64,000 nucleotides of DNA from an uncultured Acidobacteriota bacterium. GTDB taxonomy: Bacteria; Acidobacteriota; Terriglobia; UBA7540. The stretch is taken from positions 6,791-70,790 of the forward strand of contig CAWDMC010000017.1 of the NCBI GenBank assembly GCA_963803295.1, written 5' to 3'. Shown here piece after piece: positions 31,304 to 40,166 of the stretch. The notes under the pieces were generated by a model. The model saw only the letters and a list, made by a program, of their open reading frames with translations, was not told the DNA's origin and ran no database searches. Position 1 is the first letter of the stretch; each line of letters begins with the position of its first letter. The translations under genes and the position numbers were made by a program.

Positions 31304-32910
31304 TGGCGGAGGAACGCGTTGACGCTCTGGTGATTGGATCCGGCCCGGCAGGCGCTGCCGTGACCAAACGCCTCACCCAACACGGCGCTAAGGTGATGTG
31401 CCTGGAGCAGGGTGACTGGATAAAGCCCGATGATTATCCCTCCCAGCGCCCAGACTGGGAAATCGCCATCCATCGCGGACCGTTTCACTTCAATCCTAAC
31501 GTACGCAAGCGGCCCGAGGATTATCCGGTGATATCGACCGGCGGTCATCCACCCAACGTGCTGATGTTCAACGCCGTGGGCGGTAGCACCATCCACTACA
31601 CCGGGCACTTCCCGCGCATGCATCCCTCGGACTTCCGCGTGCGTTCGCTTGACGGCGTGGCCGATGACTGGCCGATCCGCTATGAGGACCTGGCGCCTTA
31701 TTATGAGCAGAATGATCGCGACATGGGCGTCGCCGGCCTTGCCGGTAACCCGACGGGTCCGCCACGCGAGAAGCGTCCCACGCCGCCTCTGCCGATCGGC
31801 GTATTGGGCGAGACCATGGGGCGAGGCTTCGACAAACTGGGCTGGTACTGGTGGGTGTCGGACAATGCAATCATTTCGGCTCCCTGGGAGGGGCGCCCGC
31901 CCTGCGTTCTGCATGGCAAATGCATGTTCGGGTGCCCGATCGCCGCCAAGGGTACTACCGATGTGACTCACTGGCCCCAAGCAATCAAGAAAGGCGCGGT
32001 GCTGAAGACCTGGGCGCGGGCCCGCGAGATTACTGTCGACGATCGAGGACGGGCCAAGGGCGTCCTTTACTACGACCGCCAGGGTCGCCTGCACGAGCAG
32101 ACCGCGCGCGTGGTGCTGGTCTGCGGCAACGGCGTAGGCACGCCGCGCCTGCTGCTCAATTCGAAGTCAAAGTTATTTCCCCACGGGCTTGCCAATTCCT
32201 CCGGCATGGTCGGCAGGAATTTCATGTTGCACCCCTTCCGCTTTTTCGAGGGCGTCTTCGACCAACGCATTGACAGTTATGAGGGCCCCTTCGGAATCCC
32301 TGCTTTCTGCGAGCAGTTTTACGAGACCGATACGCGTCGCGGCTTTGTGCGCGGCTATATTCTTGGGGTCGAGCGCTCTTTCGGACCGCTGCACCAGGCC
32401 TGGGGTGGATTCTCGGGCAAGCCCGTACCCTGGGGAGCCGAGCATCATCGTGTCATGTCCAAGCGCTTCCCGCACATCGTTCGCCTGACCGTGATCGGCG
32501 AGGACCTGCCGCAGGAAGAAAACCGGGTGGAACTCGATCCCGAAGTGAAGGATTCAAGCGGCATTCCCGCTCCAAGAGTGGTCTACTCCTACGGTGAGAA
32601 CAGCCTCAAGATGTTGGAGCACTCCGCGGCTATGGTGCGCCAGGCGTTCGACGCTGCCGGGGCACTGGAAATCCTCGACAGCGGCGTGATCCAACCTGCC
32701 TTCCATCTGCTGGGGACGGCTCGTATGGGCAACGATCCCAAGCGATTCGTGGTCAACGCCTCGCATCAGACCCACGACGTGAAAAACCTGTTCCTGGTGG
32801 ACGGCAGCTCATTCACCACCAGCGCTGCCGTGAACCCCACCTCTACCATCGGAGCGCTGGCCTTGCGGGCCGGCGATGCCATTTGGGATCGGCGGCGCGA
32901 GTGGGTGTAA
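31300..32910 (+). CDS. GMC family FAD-dependent oxidoreductase
   Basis: DALVIGSGPAGAAV dinucleotide fold and C-terminal GMC block HLLGTARMG...NLFLVDGSSFTTSAAVNPTSTI. Confidence 0.9.
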   Translation: MMAEERVDALVIGSGPAGAAVTKRLTQHGAKVMCLEQGDWIKPDDYPSQRPDWEIAIHRGPFHFNPNVRKRPEDYPVISTGGHPPNVLMFNAVGGSTIHYTGHFPRMHPSDFRVRSLDGVADDWPIRYEDLAPYYEQNDRDMGVAGLAGNPTGPPREKRPTPPLPIGVLGETMGRGFDKLGWYWWVSDNAIISAPWEGRPPCVLHGKCMFGCPIAAKGTTDVTHWPQAIKKGAVLKTWARAREITVDDRGRAKGVLYYDRQGRLHEQTARVVLVCGNGVGTPRLLLNSKSKLFPHGLANSSGMVGRNFMLHPFRFFEGVFDQRIDSYEGPFGIPAFCEQFYETDTRRGFVRGYILGVERSFGPLHQAWGGFSGKPVPWGAEHHRVMSKRFPHIVRLTVIGEDLPQEENRVELDPEVKDSSGIPAPRVVYSYGENSLKMLEHSAAMVRQAFDAAGALEILDSGVIQPAFHLLGTARMGNDPKRFVVNASHQTHDVKNLFLVDGSSFTTSAAVNPTSTIGALALRAGDAIWDRRREWV

Positions 32911-33026
32911 CCCTTGAACTCAAGGCGTATAATTGTGGTATATCAAACGCCCCTCAGCCGTGCAGCTCCGATCCTCTCATCGCCGCCGAACGGGACGTTT
33001 GGAGATAGTTCAAGGAAGGGAGAGTT

Positions 33027-33215
33027 ATGGACTTGATGCTTTCCACCGAAGAAAGGGACGTTCTCGCGGAGATTCTCAACGAGCGGGAACGGCTCTTGAA
33101 GAAGGAGATCTCTCACACTGACAGCCGGGAATTCAAGGTTCTGCTGCGAAAGAAGGAAATGGTTCTCGACTCGATCTTAGGCCGGCTGCAGGCACGGGAG
33201 ATGGTCCACTCTTAG
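33027..33215 (+). CDS. small helical hypothetical protein (62 aa)
   Basis: ATG is preceded by GGAAGGGAGAG. A TATAAT hexamer lies at 32928-32933, and a GC-rich palindrome lies 90 nt downstream. Charged heptad-like sequence; no family recognised. Confidence 0.5.
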   Translation: MDLMLSTEERDVLAEILNERERLLKKEISHTDSREFKVLLRKKEMVLDSILGRLQAREMVHS

Positions 33216-33304
33216 CGCCAGGGGCGATGCCGAGAAGGGATCTCTTGCACTACTTTCGAACCAGGGTTGAGGACTACCCCCCGCCGCTCAAAAACGGGAC
33301 GTAA

Positions 33305-33324
33305 GGGCACGGCGCGCCGTGCCC
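33305..33324. terminator. 20-nt perfect GC-rich palindrome between convergent genes
   Basis: gggcacggcg|cgccgtgccc lies between the stop at 33215 (+) and the stop at 33388 (-). It could act as a bidirectional hairpin terminator or a REP-like element. Confidence 0.4.
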
Positions 33325-33387
33325 CTGCAAGGCAATGTTCCAGCTCACGGTACCTCGTCGGAGCGACCTTGCGCCCGCGTCCACGCC

Positions 33388-35619
33388 TCACCACCAGGTG
33401 GGGACAGGCTTGCCCTCAATCCTGAGGATCGCTTCCTGGCCCGTGGCGCCCAGGCGACCTGACTTGTAGGCTTGTTGCAGGGCGGGAAGAGCATCCTTCG
33501 CGTCGGGGCCGAACTCCCCCAGCGCAGCCGCTACTCCGTTGAGGACAAGTCCGTCTTCGTCGGCGGTCAGCCTGTCCGCCAGCGGCCGGATGGCAGTGTG
33601 AGCCGCTCGACCCATCGATCCCAGGGCGCTGGCGGCCGAAGCACGAACGTTGCCTACCGGATCTTTGAGGGCGCGTATCAGATCAGGAATCGCCGGAGCC
33701 CCCGTCGGTCCCATCGCCCTCACGGCCAGCGCCGCTAGAATTCGCACCTGGGGGCTGGTGTCAGAGAGGCTCTTACCGAGAGCCGGGGCTGCGGCTGCGC
33801 CATTCGGTCCGATCTGCGAAAACGCCCAGGCCGCAGCCGAACGCACTTCGGGGTCGGAGTCATCGAGCGCTGCGGTCACTGAGGGAACGGCAGGCCCAGC
33901 GTCTTCGCCAAACGCGCCGAGGGCCCGAACGATGTCCGCACGGTCAGCTTTTGCCGCGGTCTTGAGTTTCTTCAGGTAAGCGGAGAGCGGAAGCCCGCGG
34001 TAGACTGTCGTTCCCTCCGCGACCGCAGGCAGGTCCTCGGCTGGCGCCGGAGTCAGCTCGTGCTCCACGGCCGGCTCGGGTTCACCCGCCGAAGCTGGAA
34101 CCTTCTCCAGCACCACGTCCAGCACACCGATATCGTATCCGGCAGAGGCCTCATCCTTGCCGGTGCAAATCAGGCTGACGGTGTGGCGTCCCTTCTCAAA
34201 GCGAAACCAGCCGAGCGGCCGTTGGACCGCGAGATAGACCTCCGGCTGATAGTTGTGGTAGATCAGCGGACCGGGAAACGGGATTTCCGTGCTGGCCGGC
34301 TTGCGCGTATCGAGATTGGTGGGTTGGTTATCCACTAACGCTTTGTAATTCCCGTAATTGGGCGCTTGGGCTATTTCCGCGATGAGTTCGTAGCGGCCTG
34401 TATCCGGAACATCGACTGGAATGTTAATCCGGGCTCCCACCCCCTGTGCCTCGAGCGAAAGAAGGTCTTTTCCCCACTCCACTCCACGCTCGACGAATGG
34501 CCGGCCCTTTTCGGCAGTCACGTCTTTGATCGAGTTAGCGACCCGGATCTCGAGGGCGTTGCCAAGCGGCAGGCGAGCTTCCCCATAGGGTGGCTCAGGC
34601 AAGCCCTCATTCACACCTTCCTGATACCAGAAAGCTACGCTCGAAAAGTAGTCATCACGCTCCTCGAAAGCGGTTCGAGGCGTCCCATCCGAGTTGTAAG
34701 TCCACCCATAGTGTTCGATCCCCGCCCAGATCGACTTCGTGAACGGGATCGGGTCAGGGACGTGCCAGCGATATCCGCTGAGTCGCGAACCCACTCGCTC
34801 CCCTTCGGCTACCGGAGAGCCTGTCCAGGGGCCGCAGGACTCGCGTAGGCCCCAGGCCTCATTGAAGTAGTCTTCGGAGCCAGTGCCCACAATCTGCGGG
34901 TGGGTTGCTCCATCTACATAGAACAAATCGTCGCCTTCGCCAAACCACGAAACCTGGGTTTGAAGAATGCTGAGGACGGTTCCGACATACTTTCCCTTGC
35001 CGCGAATGTTGAGGAAGGCATAGTGCCTGCCGGGCACGGCAGGATGCTCCTGGCGGTAGTAGGCGTGGAAGTAGCCGATGTCGTCCGGCAACGACGCGTA
35101 CTTCCTCCAATCCACGTGGTAGTAGAGGGACTTGATCCTGCTCCCTTCGTTGGTCACGGTAATTTTGCAGGACTTTCGAAAGGGCATGGGCCAGTAGCTG
35201 TTTCTTGCCCGACCCAGGGACGTGTTCCGGATCATGCTGGAATCGAGATCAACCTGGTACCCGTTTCCCACGCCGAAGAAGTCTCCCAGCGGAGAGTCCA
35301 CGCTTGGCGTCTTCTTGCCGTCGTAATAGGCGCGCAGACGCAGCAGCCGCGGCGAGGAGAATTCGTTACCGCCCCCTGTGAACCAGATGTGGCTCACCAT
35401 TCCGGGACCTGGTAGATCGGCAATCACCAGCGTCTCACCCGGCAGGATACGCTTGCTATCCTCGTTGCTGAGTACGTAGCGGTTCCCGCTTGTCGACCGA
35501 AGAGCGGAGTAATTCTCCAGGCGGGCAAGGCCCAGTGAACCAGGGGAATCATTCCCCGGCCCTTGGGCCAGGGCGGCTCCTGAAATGAGCATGAATAATA
35601 CCAGTGGCATCGATTTCAT
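33388..35619 (-). CDS. exported DUF2961 (GH172-like) domain protein fused to C-terminal HEAT repeats
   Basis: ATG 35619 is preceded by AAGGAG. Signal peptide MKSMPLVLFMLISGAALAQG. DUF2961 blocks are present (MVSHIWFTGGG, RAYYDGKKTPSVDSPLGDFFGVGNGY, WFGEGDDLFYVDG, GTGSEDYFNEAWG). A ~150-aa beta-rich middle follows. The C-terminal HEAT/PBS-lyase-like repeats include DPEVRSAAAWAFSQIGP, SPQVRILAALAVRAMGP and VGNVRASAASALGSMG. Confidence 0.8.
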   Translation of the reverse strand: MKSMPLVLFMLISGAALAQGPGNDSPGSLGLARLENYSALRSTSGNRYVLSNEDSKRILPGETLVIADLPGPGMVSHIWFTGGGNEFSSPRLLRLRAYYDGKKTPSVDSPLGDFFGVGNGYQVDLDSSMIRNTSLGRARNSYWPMPFRKSCKITVTNEGSRIKSLYYHVDWRKYASLPDDIGYFHAYYRQEHPAVPGRHYAFLNIRGKGKYVGTVLSILQTQVSWFGEGDDLFYVDGATHPQIVGTGSEDYFNEAWGLRESCGPWTGSPVAEGERVGSRLSGYRWHVPDPIPFTKSIWAGIEHYGWTYNSDGTPRTAFEERDDYFSSVAFWYQEGVNEGLPEPPYGEARLPLGNALEIRVANSIKDVTAEKGRPFVERGVEWGKDLLSLEAQGVGARINIPVDVPDTGRYELIAEIAQAPNYGNYKALVDNQPTNLDTRKPASTEIPFPGPLIYHNYQPEVYLAVQRPLGWFRFEKGRHTVSLICTGKDEASAGYDIGVLDVVLEKVPASAGEPEPAVEHELTPAPAEDLPAVAEGTTVYRGLPLSAYLKKLKTAAKADRADIVRALGAFGEDAGPAVPSVTAALDDSDPEVRSAAAWAFSQIGPNGAAAAPALGKSLSDTSPQVRILAALAVRAMGPTGAPAIPDLIRALKDPVGNVRASAASALGSMGRAAHTAIRPLADRLTADEDGLVLNGVAAALGEFGPDAKDALPALQQAYKSGRLGATGQEAILRIEGKPVPTWW

Positions 35620-35824
35620 AAGGCTCCTTCTTGGTGTATGTTCGAGCGCTTGCTTGATCGTTGAGACTTTGAAACCAGAGTTACAACCTCGGCTGTGAGC
35701 TGGTCTCTCCACCGGTGAGTTTGGCGCCGGGGAGAGCGGGGCTACAGAATGAGCGTCACTATAATAGTCCAGAGCACGGATGGGAGGACGGGAGAATGCG
35801 GGCCCGATTATTAGTGGTGGGCGT

Positions 35825-35879
35825 GCGGAAACGGTGCGGAAAACCTGCGGGATTTTAGCGGGATTCCAGCGGACTTCAG
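35825..35879. repeat. five direct GCGG(G)A repeats at exact 11-nt period
   Basis: gcggaaacggt / gcggaaaacct / gcgggatttta / gcgggattcca / gcggacttcag, starting at 35825, 35836, 35847, 35858 and 35869. Located in the divergent intergenic region between the GH172-HEAT gene and recN. Confidence 0.7.
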
Positions 35880-36204
35880 GGCGTCTTTGATCGAGATCTG
35901 ACGGATCGAGGTTCGATTCAGGATCAGGGTGGCCCACGGGCAAGGCGTGGGCCGTCGTGTGCGCTGCTCGCAGTTCTTATTGAGGGCCTCCGCAGGTCCC
36001 GAGAATCCTTCGCACTACCGGCTGAGCCAAGCCCTCGAACCCACAGTATCGGGCTTAGTTTCCCTTCTTTTTGTTCTCCGAAAACAGTTGACACCGGACA
36101 CGGCCACACCCGAGAGTTAGGGGTGATGCAGTCAGTGCACCCGGGGAGTCGCACGCAGGTTCGCGAGCGAAGGGTTGTCGCGCCCGGGTCTACCCCTGGT
36201 CCAA

Positions 36205-37974
36205 ATGCTGCGCGAGATACACATCCAAAATTACGCAGTCATCGACAAATTGTCGATCGAGTTTCATGCGGGACTGAACCTGCTGTCCGGCGAGACGGGG
36301 TCAGGTAAATCGATCCTGGTGGACGCGCTCGGACTGGCCCTGGGAGGGAGGGCGTCGCCGGATGTCGTTCGCACCGGAGCTGAGCGCGCCGTCGTCACGG
36401 CCGTGTTTACGCTGGACGGCGAGTTCGGCCGGGGAAATGCGTCCGGCATGGAGTCGCCTGCCAGCTGGAAGTCCTGGTTTGACGAGATTGGCACGTCCCC
36501 GGCCGAAGGCATCATTTTGAGGCGCGACATCCAGTCCGGCGGTCGAAGCCGTCTCGCCGTAAACGATCAGCCGGTCACAGCCGCAGCCGTAAGGACGCTG
36601 GCTCGCCTTCTGGTTGAGATTCACGGTCAAAACGAGCAAGTGGCGCTGTTCGCACGCGACGCCCAACTCGATCTGGTCGACCGGTTTGCCGGGATAGAGG
36701 CCGAGGTCGCGAAAATCGGGATCCTCCATAGGGAGCGCTCAAGCCTGTACGAGGAGATGCAGCGTCTGGCCCACAACGAACAGGAGCGTCTGAGGACACT
36801 CGACTTGCTCAGGTTCCAGGCTCAGGAGTTAGACCAGTCCCGCCTAAGCGTGGGTGAAGACTCCGAACTTGAAGCCGAGAGGCAGGTTCTTACTAACCTC
36901 GAGAGGCTCAGGACGGCAGCGTCAACCGCTTTCAGCGAACTCTACGAGGATGAGGGCTCGGCCAGCGCCAGGTTGGCCGCCGCCAGCCGTGCTCTCGACG
37001 ATCTGCGCCGATATGATACGACTCTCGATTCTTACATGGAGCCCTTAGCTGCCGCCAAGGCTATTCTGGAAGATGTGGCCTACGCGGTACGCGATTATCT
37101 GGTCCGATTGGAAGCCAGCCCGGGCCGCCTCGAAGAAGTCGAGGAGCGGTTGGCTTTGATCGATCGGCTCAAGCGTAAGTACGGAGATAGCATTCCGGAG
37201 ATTCTAGCCTTTCGCCAGCGGGTGGAAGAGCAGCTTAGGGAACTCGAACACGCCGACGAGCGTCGCGAGGAGCTGCGAGCGGCCCTGGGGCGTGTCACCT
37301 CGGCTTATGACGAAGCGGCCCGGCGTGTTTCGGACCTTCGCCGGGCGGCGGCCCAAAAGCTCGAAGCACTGGTTCACGAAGAGCTCGCCCAGCTCGGGAT
37401 GGAAAAGGCGCGATTCAAGATCGCCTTTGCCAAGGCTGAGAATTCCGAGTCCGAAGCTTTGCCGGGTGGGGTCCGGGGAATCGACCACATTGAAATGCAT
37501 ATCTCGCCGAACCCAGGCGAGGAACCGAGACCGATCGAGAGAGTGGCCTCCGGAGGAGAGTTATCGCGCCTGATGCTGGCACTCAAAACGGTCGTGGGCA
37601 GAGAACACGCTGGCGCCCGCCGTGAGGCGGCAGGGAACCGCAACACTCATCTGACTCCGACGTTTATTTTCGACGAGGTTGACGCTGGCATTGGCGGTCG
37701 AGTGGCGGAAAGCGTGGGATTGCGTTTGAAACGCCTGTCGCGAGAAGCACAGGTGCTGTGCGTTACTCACCTTCCCCAGATTGCCTGCTTTGCCGATCAT
37801 CACTACTATGTGGAAAAGGTCAATCGCGCAGACAGAACCGTCACCACCGTCACGGAACTAGTGACTCCAAAAGAAAGAGCCGCGGAACTGGGCCGGATGC
37901 TCTCCGGCAGCCAGATCACGGATGCTGTGCTGAAGCACGCTGCCGCGATGTTAAAGCAGGGGGCGAGTCTCTAG
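36205..37974 (+). CDS. recN: DNA repair protein RecN
   Basis: MLREIHIQNYAVIDKL, Walker A GETGSGKSILVDAL, long coiled coil, signature SGGELSRLMLALK, Walker B FIFDEVDAGIGG. Confidence 0.95.
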   Translation: MLREIHIQNYAVIDKLSIEFHAGLNLLSGETGSGKSILVDALGLALGGRASPDVVRTGAERAVVTAVFTLDGEFGRGNASGMESPASWKSWFDEIGTSPAEGIILRRDIQSGGRSRLAVNDQPVTAAAVRTLARLLVEIHGQNEQVALFARDAQLDLVDRFAGIEAEVAKIGILHRERSSLYEEMQRLAHNEQERLRTLDLLRFQAQELDQSRLSVGEDSELEAERQVLTNLERLRTAASTAFSELYEDEGSASARLAAASRALDDLRRYDTTLDSYMEPLAAAKAILEDVAYAVRDYLVRLEASPGRLEEVEERLALIDRLKRKYGDSIPEILAFRQRVEEQLRELEHADERREELRAALGRVTSAYDEAARRVSDLRRAAAQKLEALVHEELAQLGMEKARFKIAFAKAENSESEALPGGVRGIDHIEMHISPNPGEEPRPIERVASGGELSRLMLALKTVVGREHAGARREAAGNRNTHLTPTFIFDEVDAGIGGRVAESVGLRLKRLSREAQVLCVTHLPQIACFADHHYYVEKVNRADRTVTTVTELVTPKERAAELGRMLSGSQITDAVLKHAAAMLKQGASL

Positions 37975-38084
37975 AAGGCAGTCAGAAGCGGGACTTTTGA
38001 TAAACAACGAATAAGGAAGAGCCGGTCAGCTAGGCAAACTCCCGAGTTTCAGACTATACTGAACCCCAGGGGTTCACTGGGATC

Positions 38085-39500
38085 ATGACCGGAGACTTGG
38101 TTCAGATACTGCCCTCGGGCATGCCGAACGCGGAGCAGGCGCGGGTGGGATCAGGCGCGGGCCACGATTCTGGGGTTACAAATGGCGGCAAGACATTCTA
38201 CATCGAGACCTTCGGCTGCCAGATGAACGTGCACGATTCGGAGAAAGTCGCGGGCGTGCTGATGGCCCGCGGCTACCACCCGGTCGACAGTCACGATCGA
38301 GCCGACGTCATTCTCTACAATACTTGTAGCATTCGAGAGAAGGCGGCACAGAAGGTCTTCTCCCGCCTGGGCGCACTCAAGAAGGCGCATCCCGGCAGCC
38401 GGAGCATCATCGGCGTCTTGGGCTGCGTGGCTCAGCAAGAAGGCGCGGGGATCTTCGAGCGCGCTCCCCAGGTGAGCCTGGTGTGCGGATCAGCCAGCTA
38501 CACAAGACTGCCTGATCTGTTGGGGCAGCTTGAGGCGGGGTGGCATCGCGTCACCGGACTCTCGCTCGAAACCGACGAGTGTTTCGAGACGGATCTGACC
38601 CGCCGCGATAACCCGTTCCGTGCCTACCTGACCATCATCGAGGGCTGTGACAAGGCGTGCTCCTATTGTGTCGTACCGATGACTCGCGGACCTGAGCGCA
38701 GCCGCCCGAGCGATCGCATTCTGGCCGACGTCCGGCGTCTCGGGAGCGAAGGGTTTACGGAGATTCAGCTTCTCGGCCAGACGGTGAACTCCTACGCCGA
38801 CCCCTCGCCTGCGCGGCTGAACTTTGCGGCTCTGCTGGCGCGGGTGGCTGAGGTGGGTGGAATCCGGCGTGTTCGTTTTACGACTTCACATCCGCATGAC
38901 TTCACACCTGATATCGTCCAGGCCATCGACGCGCATCCTGCAATTTGCAATCACGTTCACTTGCCGGTGCAGAGTGGATCGAACCGGGTGCTCGAAAGAA
39001 TGCGCCGCACTTACACCCGGGAAGAGTATCTGGAAAAAATCCATTGCATCCGCCGCTCTAAGCGTGCTATTAGCATCTCAACCGATGTCATCGTAGGCTT
39101 TTGTGGAGAGACCCTCGAGGATTTCGACCAGACTCTCAAGTTGCTGGACGAAGTCGGATACGACCAGGTGTTCTCTTTTAAGTACTCGCCACGTCCTCGT
39201 ACCGAGGCGGGTGCTTGGGCGGACGCGGTTCCGGATGACGAGAAGGGAAGACGCTTGTCCGAGTTGCAGGATTGCCAACGCGCCATCCAACTGCGTCGCA
39301 ACCAGGCCTTGGTCGGCCGCGAGTTCGAAGTTCTGGTCGAGACCTTTCAACCCAGACTCCTGCAGGCCGTTGCGCGCACGAGCAGCAACCACATCATCAA
39401 TTTTGCCGGAGAGCCAGACTGGGCCGGCCGGTACATGAGGGTCCGGGTCACGGCGGCCGGACCGAATAGCCTTGTCGGGCTCCGGGCTGACCGTGGCTAA
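38085..39500 (+). CDS. miaB: tRNA-i6A37 methylthiotransferase MiaB
   Basis: FYIETFGCQMNVHDSE (UPF0004 domain), radical SAM CDKACSYCVVP, and a C-terminal TRAM domain. Confidence 0.93.
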   Translation: MTGDLVQILPSGMPNAEQARVGSGAGHDSGVTNGGKTFYIETFGCQMNVHDSEKVAGVLMARGYHPVDSHDRADVILYNTCSIREKAAQKVFSRLGALKKAHPGSRSIIGVLGCVAQQEGAGIFERAPQVSLVCGSASYTRLPDLLGQLEAGWHRVTGLSLETDECFETDLTRRDNPFRAYLTIIEGCDKACSYCVVPMTRGPERSRPSDRILADVRRLGSEGFTEIQLLGQTVNSYADPSPARLNFAALLARVAEVGGIRRVRFTTSHPHDFTPDIVQAIDAHPAICNHVHLPVQSGSNRVLERMRRTYTREEYLEKIHCIRRSKRAISISTDVIVGFCGETLEDFDQTLKLLDEVGYDQVFSFKYSPRPRTEAGAWADAVPDDEKGRRLSELQDCQRAIQLRRNQALVGREFEVLVETFQPRLLQAVARTSSNHIINFAGEPDWAGRYMRVRVTAAGPNSLVGLRADRG

Positions 39501-39560
39501 ATCCACCATGGCAGTTCTCGAGAGCCTGGGGTTGAAAGCAAGAGGCTGGGGAAGGTTTTT

Positions 39561-40046
39561 ATGGAAATCGAAATGAAAATCCGCGGCCTGATGATGGATC
39601 CGGTAACCAACATGCCCATTGTGATCCTGAAGGACGTCAATGGTGCATCGGTGCTACCCATCTGGGTGGGTATTTACGAAGCGAACGCCATCGCTCTCGA
39701 GATCGAGAAGGTTGCGACGCCCAGGCCTATGACCCACGACCTCATCAAGAATGTGCTCCTTGGACTTGAGACCCACGTTAACAAAGTCGTCGTAACCGAA
39801 CTTAAGGATGACACGTTCTACGCTTTGATCTGGCTTGAAAAAGAAGGCCAGGTGATCTCGATCGATTCGCGTCCCAGCGACGCCCTGGCCCTTGCTTTGC
39901 GCACCGATTGTCCGATTTATGTGGAGGACGACGTTCTCAAGAATTCCAAGATCTCGAGCGCTGCCTCCGAGAAGGTGAATAACGAGGAGCTTCGGAAGTG
40001 GCTGGAGAATCTAGGCGACGAGGACATGGGCCGGTACAAGATGTGA
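39561..40046 (+). CDS. bifunctional nuclease family protein (DUF151/BFN)
   Basis: PIVILKDVNGASVLPIWVGIYEANAIALEIE...PRPMTHDL...DSRPSDALALALR, plus a C-terminal UVR-like tail. Confidence 0.85.
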   Translation: MEIEMKIRGLMMDPVTNMPIVILKDVNGASVLPIWVGIYEANAIALEIEKVATPRPMTHDLIKNVLLGLETHVNKVVVTELKDDTFYALIWLEKEGQVISIDSRPSDALALALRTDCPIYVEDDVLKNSKISSAASEKVNNEELRKWLENLGDEDMGRYKM

Positions 40047-40166
40047 AGCAAGTCGTCCGACACTACTTTTCTCTCATCAATCGAACAACCATGTGGCGGG
40101 CGTGGTTGGCTCCGGAAACCACTAAGTTGTACACCGGAATGAAGACTGAGCGCTGACAACTTCTCT

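Noticed and set aside
35620-35943. N-terminal 107-codon extension of the GH172-HEAT ORF in the ORF track
   Set aside because: The internal ATG 35619 has an AAGGAG RBS and is immediately followed by a canonical signal peptide. The upstream extension is Pro/Arg/Ser-rich with no features.
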